Positions 1 to 9,756 of a DNA stretch of 64,000 bases are shown here, piece after piece. The stretch spans positions 10,031-74,030 of the forward strand of contig JBILCC010000001.1 of the NCBI GenBank assembly GCA_044353355.1, given 5' to 3'. The notes beneath the pieces are model-generated. The model was given only the letters and a program-made list of their open reading frames with translations. It searched no databases and was not told where the DNA came from. How positions within the stretch are numbered: the stretch's first letter is position 1; every line of letters begins with the position of its first letter. Position numbers and translations under genes: made by a program. The stretch is from Aquirufa sp. (GTDB taxonomy: Bacteria > Bacteroidota > Bacteroidia > Cytophagales > Spirosomataceae).

Positions 1-66
1 TGCGAGGTCCTGACTTTTTTGTTTTATCGGTATTTAACTTTAGGTTAATTATATTAGTAGTATCGT

Positions 67-585
67 ATGAAAAGGATAGGATTAAGTCTTTTAGTTTTGA
101 TAGTCTGCAGCTCATGTGCTAGTATGAGCAAAGTACGTATTCCTTTCCCTGACGAAACCTATCAATCTACATCTGCCTATTTGCGTACAGTCTCCCATGG
201 CGAAAGTGAAAGTGAAAATGTAGCTGAACGAATGGCTATTCATTCGGCACAAGTAGAATTAACCTCACTTATTCAGACATTAGTGAAAAATGTTAACTCT
301 GAATTTAGTTCAGTCTTTGAATCGAAAGAAAGGAAGACCTATTTTGAGAGAGAAGAAGTTTCGATAGCCCAGCAAACAATGTCCCTACTAAGGGTGGTTG
401 AAAAGAAAGATATTTTGCGAAAAGATCAACGATATGAAATTTGGGTACTGGTAGAATTGCCTAAAAGGAGTTTAATTGATGGATTTGAACGAATTCTATC
501 TGATTCTAAGGTTACTAACTTAAATGATAAAAAGAAGCGTTTTCAGGAAGTTTTTGATAGGGAATGGGCTAAATTATTGTATTAA
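67..585 (+). CDS. LPP20-like lipoprotein
   Basis: Lipobox-like signal (VCSS-C); S-x-G-x-S...A..MA...A..EL segment resembling LPP20 proteins (family recalled, not searched). Confidence 0.55.
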   Translation: MKRIGLSLLVLIVCSSCASMSKVRIPFPDETYQSTSAYLRTVSHGESESENVAERMAIHSAQVELTSLIQTLVKNVNSEFSSVFESKERKTYFEREEVSIAQQTMSLLRVVEKKDILRKDQRYEIWVLVELPKRSLIDGFERILSDSKVTNLNDKKKRFQEVFDREWAKLLY

Positions 586-590
586 GGAAT

Positions 591-2522
591 ATGAGGAAGT
601 TAATAGTAGTACTTTTTTTATTGAGTGTTAGTCAGTGGGCATTTAGTCAAGATAATTTTGACTTGACTAAGTCGAAAGAAGTTGAAATCGCTTTAGGGGA
701 GTTGCATTATTTTCAGTTAGCCAGTCGCGCCTATGTTCCTGGTGTAACGAATGTAGAAGAGTTGAAAACTCAACTGGAGGTTGACTTGAAGTCTTCTTTG
801 GCCAAAAAAATCATTTCTAAGGTTCGGTTAGAGGACAAGTCTAAATCTGTTTCATTGAGTATCAAGGATCAAGGAAACGCGAAAAACAACAGTCTTCGCG
901 AAGTAACTAATTTTGAGTTTAACAGCAATATCGAATCAGAAATCACTTTTAGTGATTTAAAGCCCTTGTTTCAAGAAGACTCTAAAAACAAACGATTTTA
1001 TGGGTTGATTTATATTAATAAGGATAAGTTTTTAGTTCAGAATTTGGCAAAAATTCAATATGCCATAAATAAGTTACTGGAAGAAGTATCCTCTTTTTCT
1101 GTTCAAAATGCAGCACATTCTCGCGTTATTCAATTGAAATACAATGAATATTTAAAGCAGAAAAATGATATTTATTCCCTCATCGAGGTTCAGAATGTGT
1201 TAGATCCGGGTCGAATAGTAAAAGAGTCAACTTTATTAGGGCAAGTGGCCTCTTTAGAGAAATATTTAACAGAATTGATGACTTTAGTGGAGTCTGGAGA
1301 ATTCCAGTCAGATTTAGTGGCAGTAAAAGAAAAATTGTATGCGGAAGATTTTAAAGGGACACTCTCAGATTTTGAAAAAATGGCCATCAAATATCCTGGT
1401 AATCCCACCTTGTTAACTGAAAAAGCGACAGCATTGGATGTAATAGCTGAATCCTTTCGCGATAAAATTGCATCTAATGATTATTTATATGCATTACAAA
1501 CAATCAAATTTCTAGAAGGGTTAGATCGAAGCTTCTCAGGCCGTTATTTTGAGGTCAAGAAGGTGTTAATAAAAAAGGCATTTGATTCCTATATCTTGAA
1601 AGCAGAATCAAACGTTTTGAATAAAGACTACATTGAAGCTAAGTTCTTATTAGAGAAAATAAGGGAATTCCGTTATTTTGATAGTAATCGTTTCGATCAA
1701 TTGGAAAGAGGAATTGCTGATACGATTTTTCGTGATAGAATTACTGAAATAGATCAAAAAGTCGAAGTGGGTAATCTGATGGAGGCGTTTAGGTTGATTG
1801 TATCCACTAAGCGGGCATATCCTTTACGCAACATGAGTGAGATTATTTATCGGGAGCAGGCGGTTATAGAAGCTTTGACAGATCAAAAGGTGAAGGAAAT
1901 TAAAGCTCAGCGTCCTATGACCTGGCAATTACAAGTAGGGGGAGGGCTTATTTCAAACTTTTATAGTTTACCAGCAGCTGATATTTCTAATTATACCATT
2001 ACTACCGCTTCTAGTGTAGGTGAAATAGGGTTATATAAAAAGACGGGGATTAAAAAAGTAGAAGGTATCGATGGAGCCACGATGTATACAGCTAATGCAG
2101 TGGGTTTCCGGTTAGAAGTTTGGTATCCTAATACCGTATATAAATCTCCATTACCTGGTTCAGCAACGTATGATGCAGGTTTGTATTTGAAATCTACTGT
2201 ATTCGAACCACAGCTATCTTTCTATTTATTACGGTTTTGTAATTTTAATATGGGGAAAATGGTAGGTGAAATTGTAGATGCTAAATCAAACTCAATTATC
2301 AATTCAACTAAAGACTATTATACTTTCACCCTTGGAATTAGACCCAGAATAGGACAATTGATGCTGAACATTAATGGCAAATTAATTTCAGATATGGCTA
2401 GTAAAAATTATATTACTCTTCAAGCCACATTAAATATCGCCTTGGATTTTGTTCGTCGATTTAAAGAGTCCGAGAGGTCAGAAATTCGAAATGAAATTAT
2501 AAAGTTAAAGGAAACACTCTAA
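591..2522 (+). CDS. Exported hypothetical protein: LPP20-like N-terminus, helical/TPR-like middle, beta-rich C-terminus
   Basis: 643-aa ORF with Sec signal peptide, 5 bp after the upstream gene; helical repeats then alternating beta-strand pattern. Confidence 0.45.
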   Translation: MRKLIVVLFLLSVSQWAFSQDNFDLTKSKEVEIALGELHYFQLASRAYVPGVTNVEELKTQLEVDLKSSLAKKIISKVRLEDKSKSVSLSIKDQGNAKNNSLREVTNFEFNSNIESEITFSDLKPLFQEDSKNKRFYGLIYINKDKFLVQNLAKIQYAINKLLEEVSSFSVQNAAHSRVIQLKYNEYLKQKNDIYSLIEVQNVLDPGRIVKESTLLGQVASLEKYLTELMTLVESGEFQSDLVAVKEKLYAEDFKGTLSDFEKMAIKYPGNPTLLTEKATALDVIAESFRDKIASNDYLYALQTIKFLEGLDRSFSGRYFEVKKVLIKKAFDSYILKAESNVLNKDYIEAKFLLEKIREFRYFDSNRFDQLERGIADTIFRDRITEIDQKVEVGNLMEAFRLIVSTKRAYPLRNMSEIIYREQAVIEALTDQKVKEIKAQRPMTWQLQVGGGLISNFYSLPAADISNYTITTASSVGEIGLYKKTGIKKVEGIDGATMYTANAVGFRLEVWYPNTVYKSPLPGSATYDAGLYLKSTVFEPQLSFYLLRFCNFNMGKMVGEIVDAKSNSIINSTKDYYTFTLGIRPRIGQLMLNINGKLISDMASKNYITLQATLNIALDFVRRFKESERSEIRNEIIKLKETL

Positions 2523-2529
2523 AAATTGA

Positions 2530-3544
2530 ATGATGCGTCCATTGCGCTATTTAACGCCTTATTTCTTGTTTGTATTAGCTTATTTCGCATTTACAAAGAA
2601 TGGTTTCTATTGCTGGATACCCTTAGCCTATCTTTTTTTTGTGATTCCTATTTGTGAATTATTCATAGCGCCTAATTCAGATAATTTATCGGAAGAGCAG
2701 GAGAAGGCGGCTAAATCAAATCTATTTTTTGATTTGGTCTTGTGGTTAACTGTTCCCATGCAATTAGGTGCCTTGTATTTGTTTTTAATTAGTTTACATC
2801 AAGAACTGACCATTTTAGATTCTGCCGGTCGTGTGGTAACGATGGGTTTGTTGTGTGGGACTTTCGGCATTAACGCAGCGCATGAGTTAGGTCATAGGGT
2901 AACTAAATTTGAGCAATTTCTTGCCAAAATTTTATTGCTCACTAGCCTCTACATGCACTTTTTTATTGAGCATAATAAAGGGCACCATAAACATGTAGCA
3001 ACGTCAGAGGATCCAAGTACGGCCTTTTACAAACAGAATTTATATGCTTTTTTGATTCAAACTTTTACAGGAACGCAACGAAAGGCTTGCAATTGCAGAA
3101 TCGAAAAATAAAGTTTTCAATGAGATGGCCTTATTTCAGGTAATTCAATTTACTCTGATAGGGCTGATATATTATTTTTTCGGAGGCTTTGTTCTTGTTT
3201 GCTTTGTGTTTGCTGCCTTCATAGGTGCAGCCCTATTAGAAACGGTTAATTACATTGAGCATTATGGATTGCAACGAAAACAAGCAAAGACTTCCTACGA
3301 GCGTGTGAAACCAGCGCATAGCTGGAATAGTAATCATGTTCTGGGGCGCTTAACGCTGTTCGAATTGAGTAGACATAGTGATCACCATTATTTGGCCTCT
3401 AGAAAGTACCAAATTCTGCGTCACATGGATGATGCACCCCAAATGCCTACTGGATATCCAGGGATGATATTACTAGCCCTTATTCCCCCTCTTTGGTTTA
3501 AGGTGATGCACAAACAAATGCAAGTTTATGCGATCATACCATAA
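2530..3544 (+). pseudogene. alkB: Alkane 1-monooxygenase (AlkB family), split by a frameshift near 3088
   Basis: HELGH and EHNKGHH in ORF 2530-3111; NYIEHYG and RHSDHH in ORF 3125-3544; the +1 frame is open from 3089 (AIAESKNKVFNEM). Confidence 0.85.
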
Positions 3545-3553
3545 ATCTATTGG

Positions 3554-4216
3554 CTACTTCTTATTTAATTCTTGAATAAGAGCCTTTAGTTCATTCATTT
3601 CCTTGAAATTTACCTTCTGAGACTTGATGAAGGCTATTGCTTTTTCTGCATCAGAACCAAATACTTCTTTCAGTACTTTTTCTTTGTTTTTCAATAGATA
3701 AACTTTTTCATCTACTGCTACGAAAATATCCTGTTCGTCTTGAAAAACCTTTGCAGCTTGTGCACCATAGGTAGCCGATGGATCATCTGTCATGACTTTG
3801 TAAGGATGATAGAGTAAGGAGTATTTACCTTTTTCTACAATTTGTACAAATCGCTTTTTTTTGATCGTAGGAACCTCATATTCTGAAGTAAATTCGATCA
3901 ATTCACCAGAGGAAGAGGAGTAAGTAAATTTGGTTAACTTGTCTGGTCCATAGGAAAATTGCCCTCCATCTATTTTATACTCCAAATTATTTGAATAAGC
4001 ATTTAAAGCAATTTGTAGTCCCTCTACTTTAAGTCCGTTATTCAGGTATAAGACACCTTTTTTAAAGTCTTCTAAATAGGCTGAACCTTTAACGCCAATA
4101 TAGGGATTTGCTGTTATGGGTATTCCTGTGCCATTGTCACGTAAAATAGCCATTTGGCCATATGAAGACACGATAGGTGATACTCCTAAAAGGATAAAGA
4201 GGATTAATTTTTTCAT
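3554..4216 (-). CDS. Exported hypothetical protein
   Basis: Likely start MKKLILFILL at 4216 with signal peptide; the longer start at 4264 runs through a terminator hairpin. Confidence 0.65.
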   Translation of the reverse strand: MKKLILFILLGVSPIVSSYGQMAILRDNGTGIPITANPYIGVKGSAYLEDFKKGVLYLNNGLKVEGLQIALNAYSNNLEYKIDGGQFSYGPDKLTKFTYSSSSGELIEFTSEYEVPTIKKKRFVQIVEKGKYSLLYHPYKVMTDDPSATYGAQAAKVFQDEQDIFVAVDEKVYLLKNKEKVLKEVFGSDAEKAIAFIKSQKVNFKEMNELKALIQELNKK

Positions 4217-4230
4217 CAGTTGTTGTAGAT

Positions 4231-4258
4231 AAAAAGACCGGATAAATCCGGTCTTTTT
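4231..4258 (-). terminator. Intrinsic terminator after susC-susD-lipoprotein
   Basis: AAAAAGACCGGAT-AA-ATCCGGTCTTTTT inverted repeat with A/T tails. Confidence 0.8.
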
Positions 4259-4284
4259 AATCATTAAAATTTAACTAAACAAAA

Positions 4285-4743
4285 TTATCGAGTAATTCGA
4301 AGTTGAACTTTGTTGTAATTGGAGTTATAGCCAATCTCATCGTTTCCATCAATTTGAAGCAAAAGATCAACTGAACCGCCAACTTTACCTGTATTGAGTA
4401 CATTGACAGTTAAAGTGCCAAAACTGCTACCTTTAGGGATTGTTAATTTCCCTGTCATGGTGTAGTCTTTACCACTTGCTGCTGTGGTACCTGAAGCAAC
4501 AGCAGAGTATATTATAATTTCGTCAGATGCTCTATGTGCACCTACAAGATTTACACGAAGGTTAACGGTACCTACCGTATTAGCTACTGTAATTCTAGGA
4601 TACGTTACACCTGCTGCAGGCGCACGTTCCACGGCATCTTGAAACTCTACTACACTTCCTTCCCATTTAGGGTAGTTTTGTTCAATGCAGGAAGAGGATA
4701 CAAGGACTAAGGCCAATAAGTATAATAAATATATTTTTTTCAT
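4285..4743 (-). CDS. SusCD-associated Ig-like (DUF4843/Calx-beta-like) lipoprotein
   Basis: Lipobox SSS-C; TTA..G.DY and TIPKGSSFG motifs; directly downstream of susD. Confidence 0.7.
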   Translation of the reverse strand: MKKIYLLYLLALVLVSSSCIEQNYPKWEGSVVEFQDAVERAPAAGVTYPRITVANTVGTVNLRVNLVGAHRASDEIIIYSAVASGTTAASGKDYTMTGKLTIPKGSSFGTLTVNVLNTGKVGGSVDLLLQIDGNDEIGYNSNYNKVQLRITR

Positions 4744-4754
4744 GATTTCAGATT

Positions 4755-6263
4755 TTAATAGCCTTTGTTTTGTTTAATATTAGGATTACCATCCACTTCG
4801 CGCTGAGGAAGTGCTGGCAAAATCTTGAAATCATCAAACGGCAAATTTACCGCTGGTGTTGTCTTCACGATTGCTCTTCCATAACGTTTTAAGTCAAAGA
4901 AACGGTGACCTTCAAATGCAAATTCTTTGAATCTTTCTAAAAGAATTTCCTCTAAAAGTGCATTTCCAGATAAGGTAACCGCAGGTAAACCTCTTAAAGC
5001 TTTGAATGCATTTAATTCAGTCAAGGAAGCAGATTCATTCTTTAATTGGTAATTAGCTTCTGCTCTATTCAAGTGCATTTCTGACTTACGAATCACAGGT
5101 ACATTGTCTGCATAGGCAAAACCTGATTTAGCCATAAACTTAGTACATTCGATTTGACGACCAGCACCTCTAACTGTATTACCTGTAGTATACAATTGCG
5201 CTCTAATGTCAGCATTTCTAGTTACATCCCAGTTATTGTTGTCTGTAGCTGGCGTACCAGTCTGCAAAGCAGCTAAACCAAAGAATCCTCTAACTGTAGT
5301 GTTTGGAATAAAATCACCCCATCCACCTTGAGAGTTTTTGTTTGCAAGACTCAAGATAGCAGTATAAGTTGACTGTAAAGACTCGTTCACCCCAATTGAT
5401 TCTTCCGCTAAAGCAAAACGTACTTCAAACATTGATTCAGGATTTACTGGAGCTCTCCATCCATTGATATACGCAGTACCAGAGGTAACAGTACCTACGT
5501 TACTTGCTAAGGCAAGTGCAGATTCTGAAACTACTTTAGCCCAGTCACCTTTGTATAAAGCGACACGAGACAATAAGGCGGAAGCAGCTGCTCCAGAACC
5601 GTATTGTACACCTCTTCCTGCAGGAACTAATTTTTTAACATCCTCTAGATCTGTATATATCTGTGCATATACTGCATCGATAGTTGATCTTGCAGTTTTA
5701 CGAGTTAAGGCCTCTCCAGAGGTGATTACTCCCTCTAATACGACAGGAATACCTCCTTGATCGATTACACCAGGTTGGTAGATAGCAGTAGGCATGTAAG
5801 AGTAAACTTTTACTAAGTCGAAATAGTATAAAGCTCTTAAAAACTTAGCTTCTCCTTCCCAACGAGCCTTCTGAGCCTCTGATGCACCTTCAACGTTACC
5901 AACAGCAGCTAGAATTAGGTTAGCCTCATTGATGGCACTATAACTATTCTGCCAAAATGCTGCAGTGAAATGAGATCCTGGTTGGTTATTGTTTTCACCA
6001 ATTAAACGACCAGAGTTACTTGTAGTTTGTCCTACATCAGCTAATGCATCAGATACGGCTAACAAATCACGTCCGTAGTTACGCGCATTCCTTAATTTAG
6101 AGTATACTGAATTAAGTGCAGCGTTCATCGCGTCAGGCGTATTTAAAGCTCCATTTGCATCTATTGATTGTTTTGGATCTACCTGAAGTAAACTATCGCA
6201 AGAACTTAATAGGAGAGATCCTACTAAGGCAAGAGATAAGTAAAATTTAGTAATTAATTTCAT
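4755..6263 (-). CDS. susD: RagB/SusD family nutrient-uptake lipoprotein
   Basis: Lipobox; GEAKFLRALYYFDLV and ERFKEFAFEGHRFFDLKR motifs; C-terminal QNKGY. Confidence 0.95.
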   Translation of the reverse strand: MKLITKFYLSLALVGSLLLSSCDSLLQVDPKQSIDANGALNTPDAMNAALNSVYSKLRNARNYGRDLLAVSDALADVGQTTSNSGRLIGENNNQPGSHFTAAFWQNSYSAINEANLILAAVGNVEGASEAQKARWEGEAKFLRALYYFDLVKVYSYMPTAIYQPGVIDQGGIPVVLEGVITSGEALTRKTARSTIDAVYAQIYTDLEDVKKLVPAGRGVQYGSGAAASALLSRVALYKGDWAKVVSESALALASNVGTVTSGTAYINGWRAPVNPESMFEVRFALAEESIGVNESLQSTYTAILSLANKNSQGGWGDFIPNTTVRGFFGLAALQTGTPATDNNNWDVTRNADIRAQLYTTGNTVRGAGRQIECTKFMAKSGFAYADNVPVIRKSEMHLNRAEANYQLKNESASLTELNAFKALRGLPAVTLSGNALLEEILLERFKEFAFEGHRFFDLKRYGRAIVKTTPAVNLPFDDFKILPALPQREVDGNPNIKQNKGY

Positions 6264-6282
6264 ATTTTTTTCCTTTTATAGA

Positions 6283-9200
6283 TTAGAATCCGATTTGAAC
6301 TCCTAGTGTATAGCTTTTAGTTAAAGGAATAGCACCTGTACCTGCTCCTGTAAACTCTGGATCATATCCTGGATAATCTGTGTAGGTCCATAAGTTAACT
6401 CCTTGAAGGTAAATGCGTGCACGAGTAAGACCGATTTTATTGATTAGGCTAGGCTGGAAGCTGTAGGCTAATGTCAATTGTGAAAGTCGAATAAAGTCAG
6501 TCTTTAATAAGGCTGCATCACCTGAGTTTCTGCTTGCACCTCTCACTTCATTACCGCCATTAGTTGTTACATTTCTTGGAATATCCGTGATTTGACCAGG
6601 TTTAGTCCAAGCTCTATTGTTTACTTCACGAAGCGCATTTAAAGTTAATCTGGTTCCGTTTTCTCTCAAGAAACCGTATTGTCCATCAGAGGTAACTCCA
6701 CCATATTCGTATACAAAGAAGGTAGTTAATTCTAAACCTTTATAGGAGAAGGTGTTGTTCAAACCACCAAAGATCGTAGCAAGAGTAGAACCGCGGTAAA
6801 CTCTATCTGCCGCTAAAGGCAAATAGGTAATTCTACGATTGATATCGTACCACATTGGACGACCAGTAGCTGGGTTCACACCTGCATATTGTGCAGCAAA
6901 GACAGCTCCTTCACCGCTTCTACCTACTGGCTGACCTACCGCAATACCAGGGTTTGCTGGTAGGAATGATAACCCATCATATAATTTTACAATCTGGTTC
7001 TTGATTTGAGAGAAGTTGAAACTAGTATTCCAACGGAAGCCAGCATTATCTACGTTCACTGTTGATACTTCAACTTCAATACCTTTGTTCTGAAGTTCAC
7101 CTACGTTATTAGAAATACCACTGAATCCATTTGTCCAAAGAATAGGCTGGCTCAATAATAATTCCTTTGTTCTACGATCAAATAGGTCAACCGAACCTGT
7201 GATTCTGTTGTCAAAGAATCCAAAGTCCACACCAACGTTTGTAGTATTATTCGTTTCCCATCCAAGGTCTAAATTAGCAAGTGAGGAAGGTAAAATACCT
7301 GCACTTCCTGAATAGTTACCACCGCCACCGTAAAGACCTCTTGCATCGAAGTTTCCGATTTGATCATTACCAGTTAAACCGTAAGAAGCTCTTAACTTCA
7401 TTTCCGATATGAGTTTTGATTCCTTAAGGAAATCTTCTTCCGCTACACTCCATCCTAAGCGAATAGATGGGAATAAACCATATTGGTTATTCGCTCCAAA
7501 TCGTGAGGATCCGTCATAACGAGCTGTAAGAGTTGCTAAATACTTCTTTTTGTAATCATAGTTAACAGAAGTAAATGCAGAAGCTCTTCTATACCCTGTC
7601 CAGAAACCCGTAATTGATTCTGGGGTAGCAGCTGATTGAATAGTTCTAAACTGGAAGGTAGGGAAACCTATACCTGCTCCAGAGATACCTTCTCTTACTT
7701 CAGATAAATATTCTACACCTAATAGAGCAGAAATATTGTGAACTGCATTGAAAGATTTATTCCAGTTTAATGTTTGCGTCGTGATGAAACGAGTTCTCCA
7801 GTCAGACTGAACCGAACTTCTACCGATCACACCTGCTCCATCTGGAGTACGTGGATCACGGTAATTATCTCCTTGAAGTAAACGATAATCTAAACCAAAT
7901 AAAGAACGGAAAGTCAGGTTATTCGCAATTTTATAGTTAGTAATTAAATTACCTACTACCGTATTTGTACGTTGCAAACCTGAGTTATATGCGTTAACTA
8001 ATACTATATTCTGTCCTAATACTCCGGCAATGGCCGTATTGTAAGTGCCGTTTTCGTTGTAGATTGGATTGTGTGGTAGTACAGCAGTCGCAGAGAAAGC
8101 AGGGTTTCCTAGGAATGCACCTTCGACCGCGAATGGGACATTTTGTGTAAAGGTAGAAAGGTTAATATTGGTCTCTACGCTCAAACGCTTCGTTGCTTGA
8201 TGCGTCAATGCAACTCTAACTGTTCCTCTTTCAAAGTCCACAGGCTTAAATGAGGACTCTTGGTAGTTGTATGATCCGGATAATAGGAAAGTTGTTTTAT
8301 CATCTCCTCCTGAAATATTCATCTCATAGTTTTGAAGTCTACCTGTTCCCATCACTTCACGCTGCCAATCGTAATTAGGCAAAGCTAAACCAATAGCGTC
8401 TAAAGCTGGTCTAGTAAGTGTTGACCAGTTGGATGGAAGGCGTCCCATATTACTCAATGCATTTGCTTCTGGTAAAGTATTTCCAGAATTTATAAAAGCA
8501 TCTCTACGCATTCCATACCACTCAGAACCCGTAAGTACATCTAGGTACTTCATTGGTTGAGTTTCTCCAGAGAAGGCATTTAATTCAAACTTAGCCTTAC
8601 CTTTCTTTCCTTTTTTAGTAGTAATGATAACTACCCCGTTAGCCGCTTGAGAACCATAGATGGCAGCAGAAGCAGCATCTTTTAAGATCTCCATTGACTC
8701 GATATCATTCGGGTTCAAGAAAGCAAGTGGGTTAGATTGGGTAAATGACGCGTTAGAGGTGTTGTTTAATTGAACACCATCTACGATAAATAAGGGTTCA
8801 TTACCTGCAGTAATAGATCCCACACCACGAATACGGATATTTACCGAACCACCTGGTAGACCGTTAGACGATCTAACTTGTACCCCTGACGCACGTCCTT
8901 GTAGGGCACGGTCAAAAGATTGTAATGGTAAGTTTTGAATAGAAGATCCTTTAACAGAAGATACTGCACCCGTCACTTCACGTTTCGTTTGCGTACCGTA
9001 TCCTGTTACGACCACCTCATTCAAGGCTGTGTTATCAGTTTCCAAACCCACATTGATAATGGATCGGCTTCCAACGCCTACCTCTTGAGCTATTAGTCCT
9101 ACAGATCTGAAGACTAATACATTGTTTCCAGTGGGAACATTGATGGAATACTTACCATTTAAATCGGTGGTAGCACCCAATTTCGTCCCTTTAACAAGAA

Positions 9201-9327
9201 CTGATGCACCTGGTACACCCATTCGATTTTCTACAGAAGTAACTGTACCGGTAACCACACGCCCTTGTGCAAATGCAATCGCATTAGCCATCAGCAATGT
9301 GAGACCTAGGAGTAAAATTTTCCTCAT
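6283..9327 (-). CDS. susC: SusC/RagA family TonB-dependent transporter
   Basis: NEVVVTGYG; plug motif NPNDIESMEILKDAASAAIYGSQAANGVVIITTKKG; C-terminal F. Confidence 0.97.
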   Translation of the reverse strand: MRKILLLGLTLLMANAIAFAQGRVVTGTVTSVENRMGVPGASVLVKGTKLGATTDLNGKYSINVPTGNNVLVFRSVGLIAQEVGVGSRSIINVGLETDNTALNEVVVTGYGTQTKREVTGAVSSVKGSSIQNLPLQSFDRALQGRASGVQVRSSNGLPGGSVNIRIRGVGSITAGNEPLFIVDGVQLNNTSNASFTQSNPLAFLNPNDIESMEILKDAASAAIYGSQAANGVVIITTKKGKKGKAKFELNAFSGETQPMKYLDVLTGSEWYGMRRDAFINSGNTLPEANALSNMGRLPSNWSTLTRPALDAIGLALPNYDWQREVMGTGRLQNYEMNISGGDDKTTFLLSGSYNYQESSFKPVDFERGTVRVALTHQATKRLSVETNINLSTFTQNVPFAVEGAFLGNPAFSATAVLPHNPIYNENGTYNTAIAGVLGQNIVLVNAYNSGLQRTNTVVGNLITNYKIANNLTFRSLFGLDYRLLQGDNYRDPRTPDGAGVIGRSSVQSDWRTRFITTQTLNWNKSFNAVHNISALLGVEYLSEVREGISGAGIGFPTFQFRTIQSAATPESITGFWTGYRRASAFTSVNYDYKKKYLATLTARYDGSSRFGANNQYGLFPSIRLGWSVAEEDFLKESKLISEMKLRASYGLTGNDQIGNFDARGLYGGGGNYSGSAGILPSSLANLDLGWETNNTTNVGVDFGFFDNRITGSVDLFDRRTKELLLSQPILWTNGFSGISNNVGELQNKGIEVEVSTVNVDNAGFRWNTSFNFSQIKNQIVKLYDGLSFLPANPGIAVGQPVGRSGEGAVFAAQYAGVNPATGRPMWYDINRRITYLPLAADRVYRGSTLATIFGGLNNTFSYKGLELTTFFVYEYGGVTSDGQYGFLRENGTRLTLNALREVNNRAWTKPGQITDIPRNVTTNGGNEVRGASRNSGDAALLKTDFIRLSQLTLAYSFQPSLINKIGLTRARIYLQGVNLWTYTDYPGYDPEFTGAGTGAIPLTKSYTLGVQIGF

Positions 9328-9701
9328 ATTTATTAAAATTTTGTTTATGGCCCATTATTTTCGAAATCTTGGGACGTTAACTCAAGTGATTTTTTGAGTT
9401 ATTCATCTCAAATGCATTAACTCGTTGAGGGATAATGCATTTAAATCAAAACTATGGGCTGTTGATTTGGTGCAAGTTAAAAGTTTTTTTATTTGATTTC
9501 CACAAATAGGACTATTTTTTTTTAACATTATTTAACATGGGCTTAACGGAGGCTACCTAGGAAAAACCTATCAATCAAAATATCCCTTTCAGAGATTATA
9601 TGGATTTGTATTATCACTTTTTTACCTCTGCAGCATCCGTCTTTTGATTTAAGAGGAGGGATGTGTTTCAGGTGAAGAGTTGATTGTTAAATAGCGTGAA
9701 A

Positions 9702-9736
9702 AAAAAGGCCATCCAAAATTATTGGATGGCCTTTTT
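9702..9736 (-). terminator. Intrinsic terminator of the TonB-dependent receptor gene
   Basis: AAAAAGGCCATCCAA...TTGGATGGCCTTTTT, 15-bp stem. Confidence 0.9.
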
Positions 9737-9756
9737 AAGGTAACTATTTAGGATAA

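Noticed and set aside
3061-3125. Programmed frameshift in alkB
   Set aside because: No slippery sequence or stimulatory structure; a 2-bp loss in the Trp codon explains it more simply
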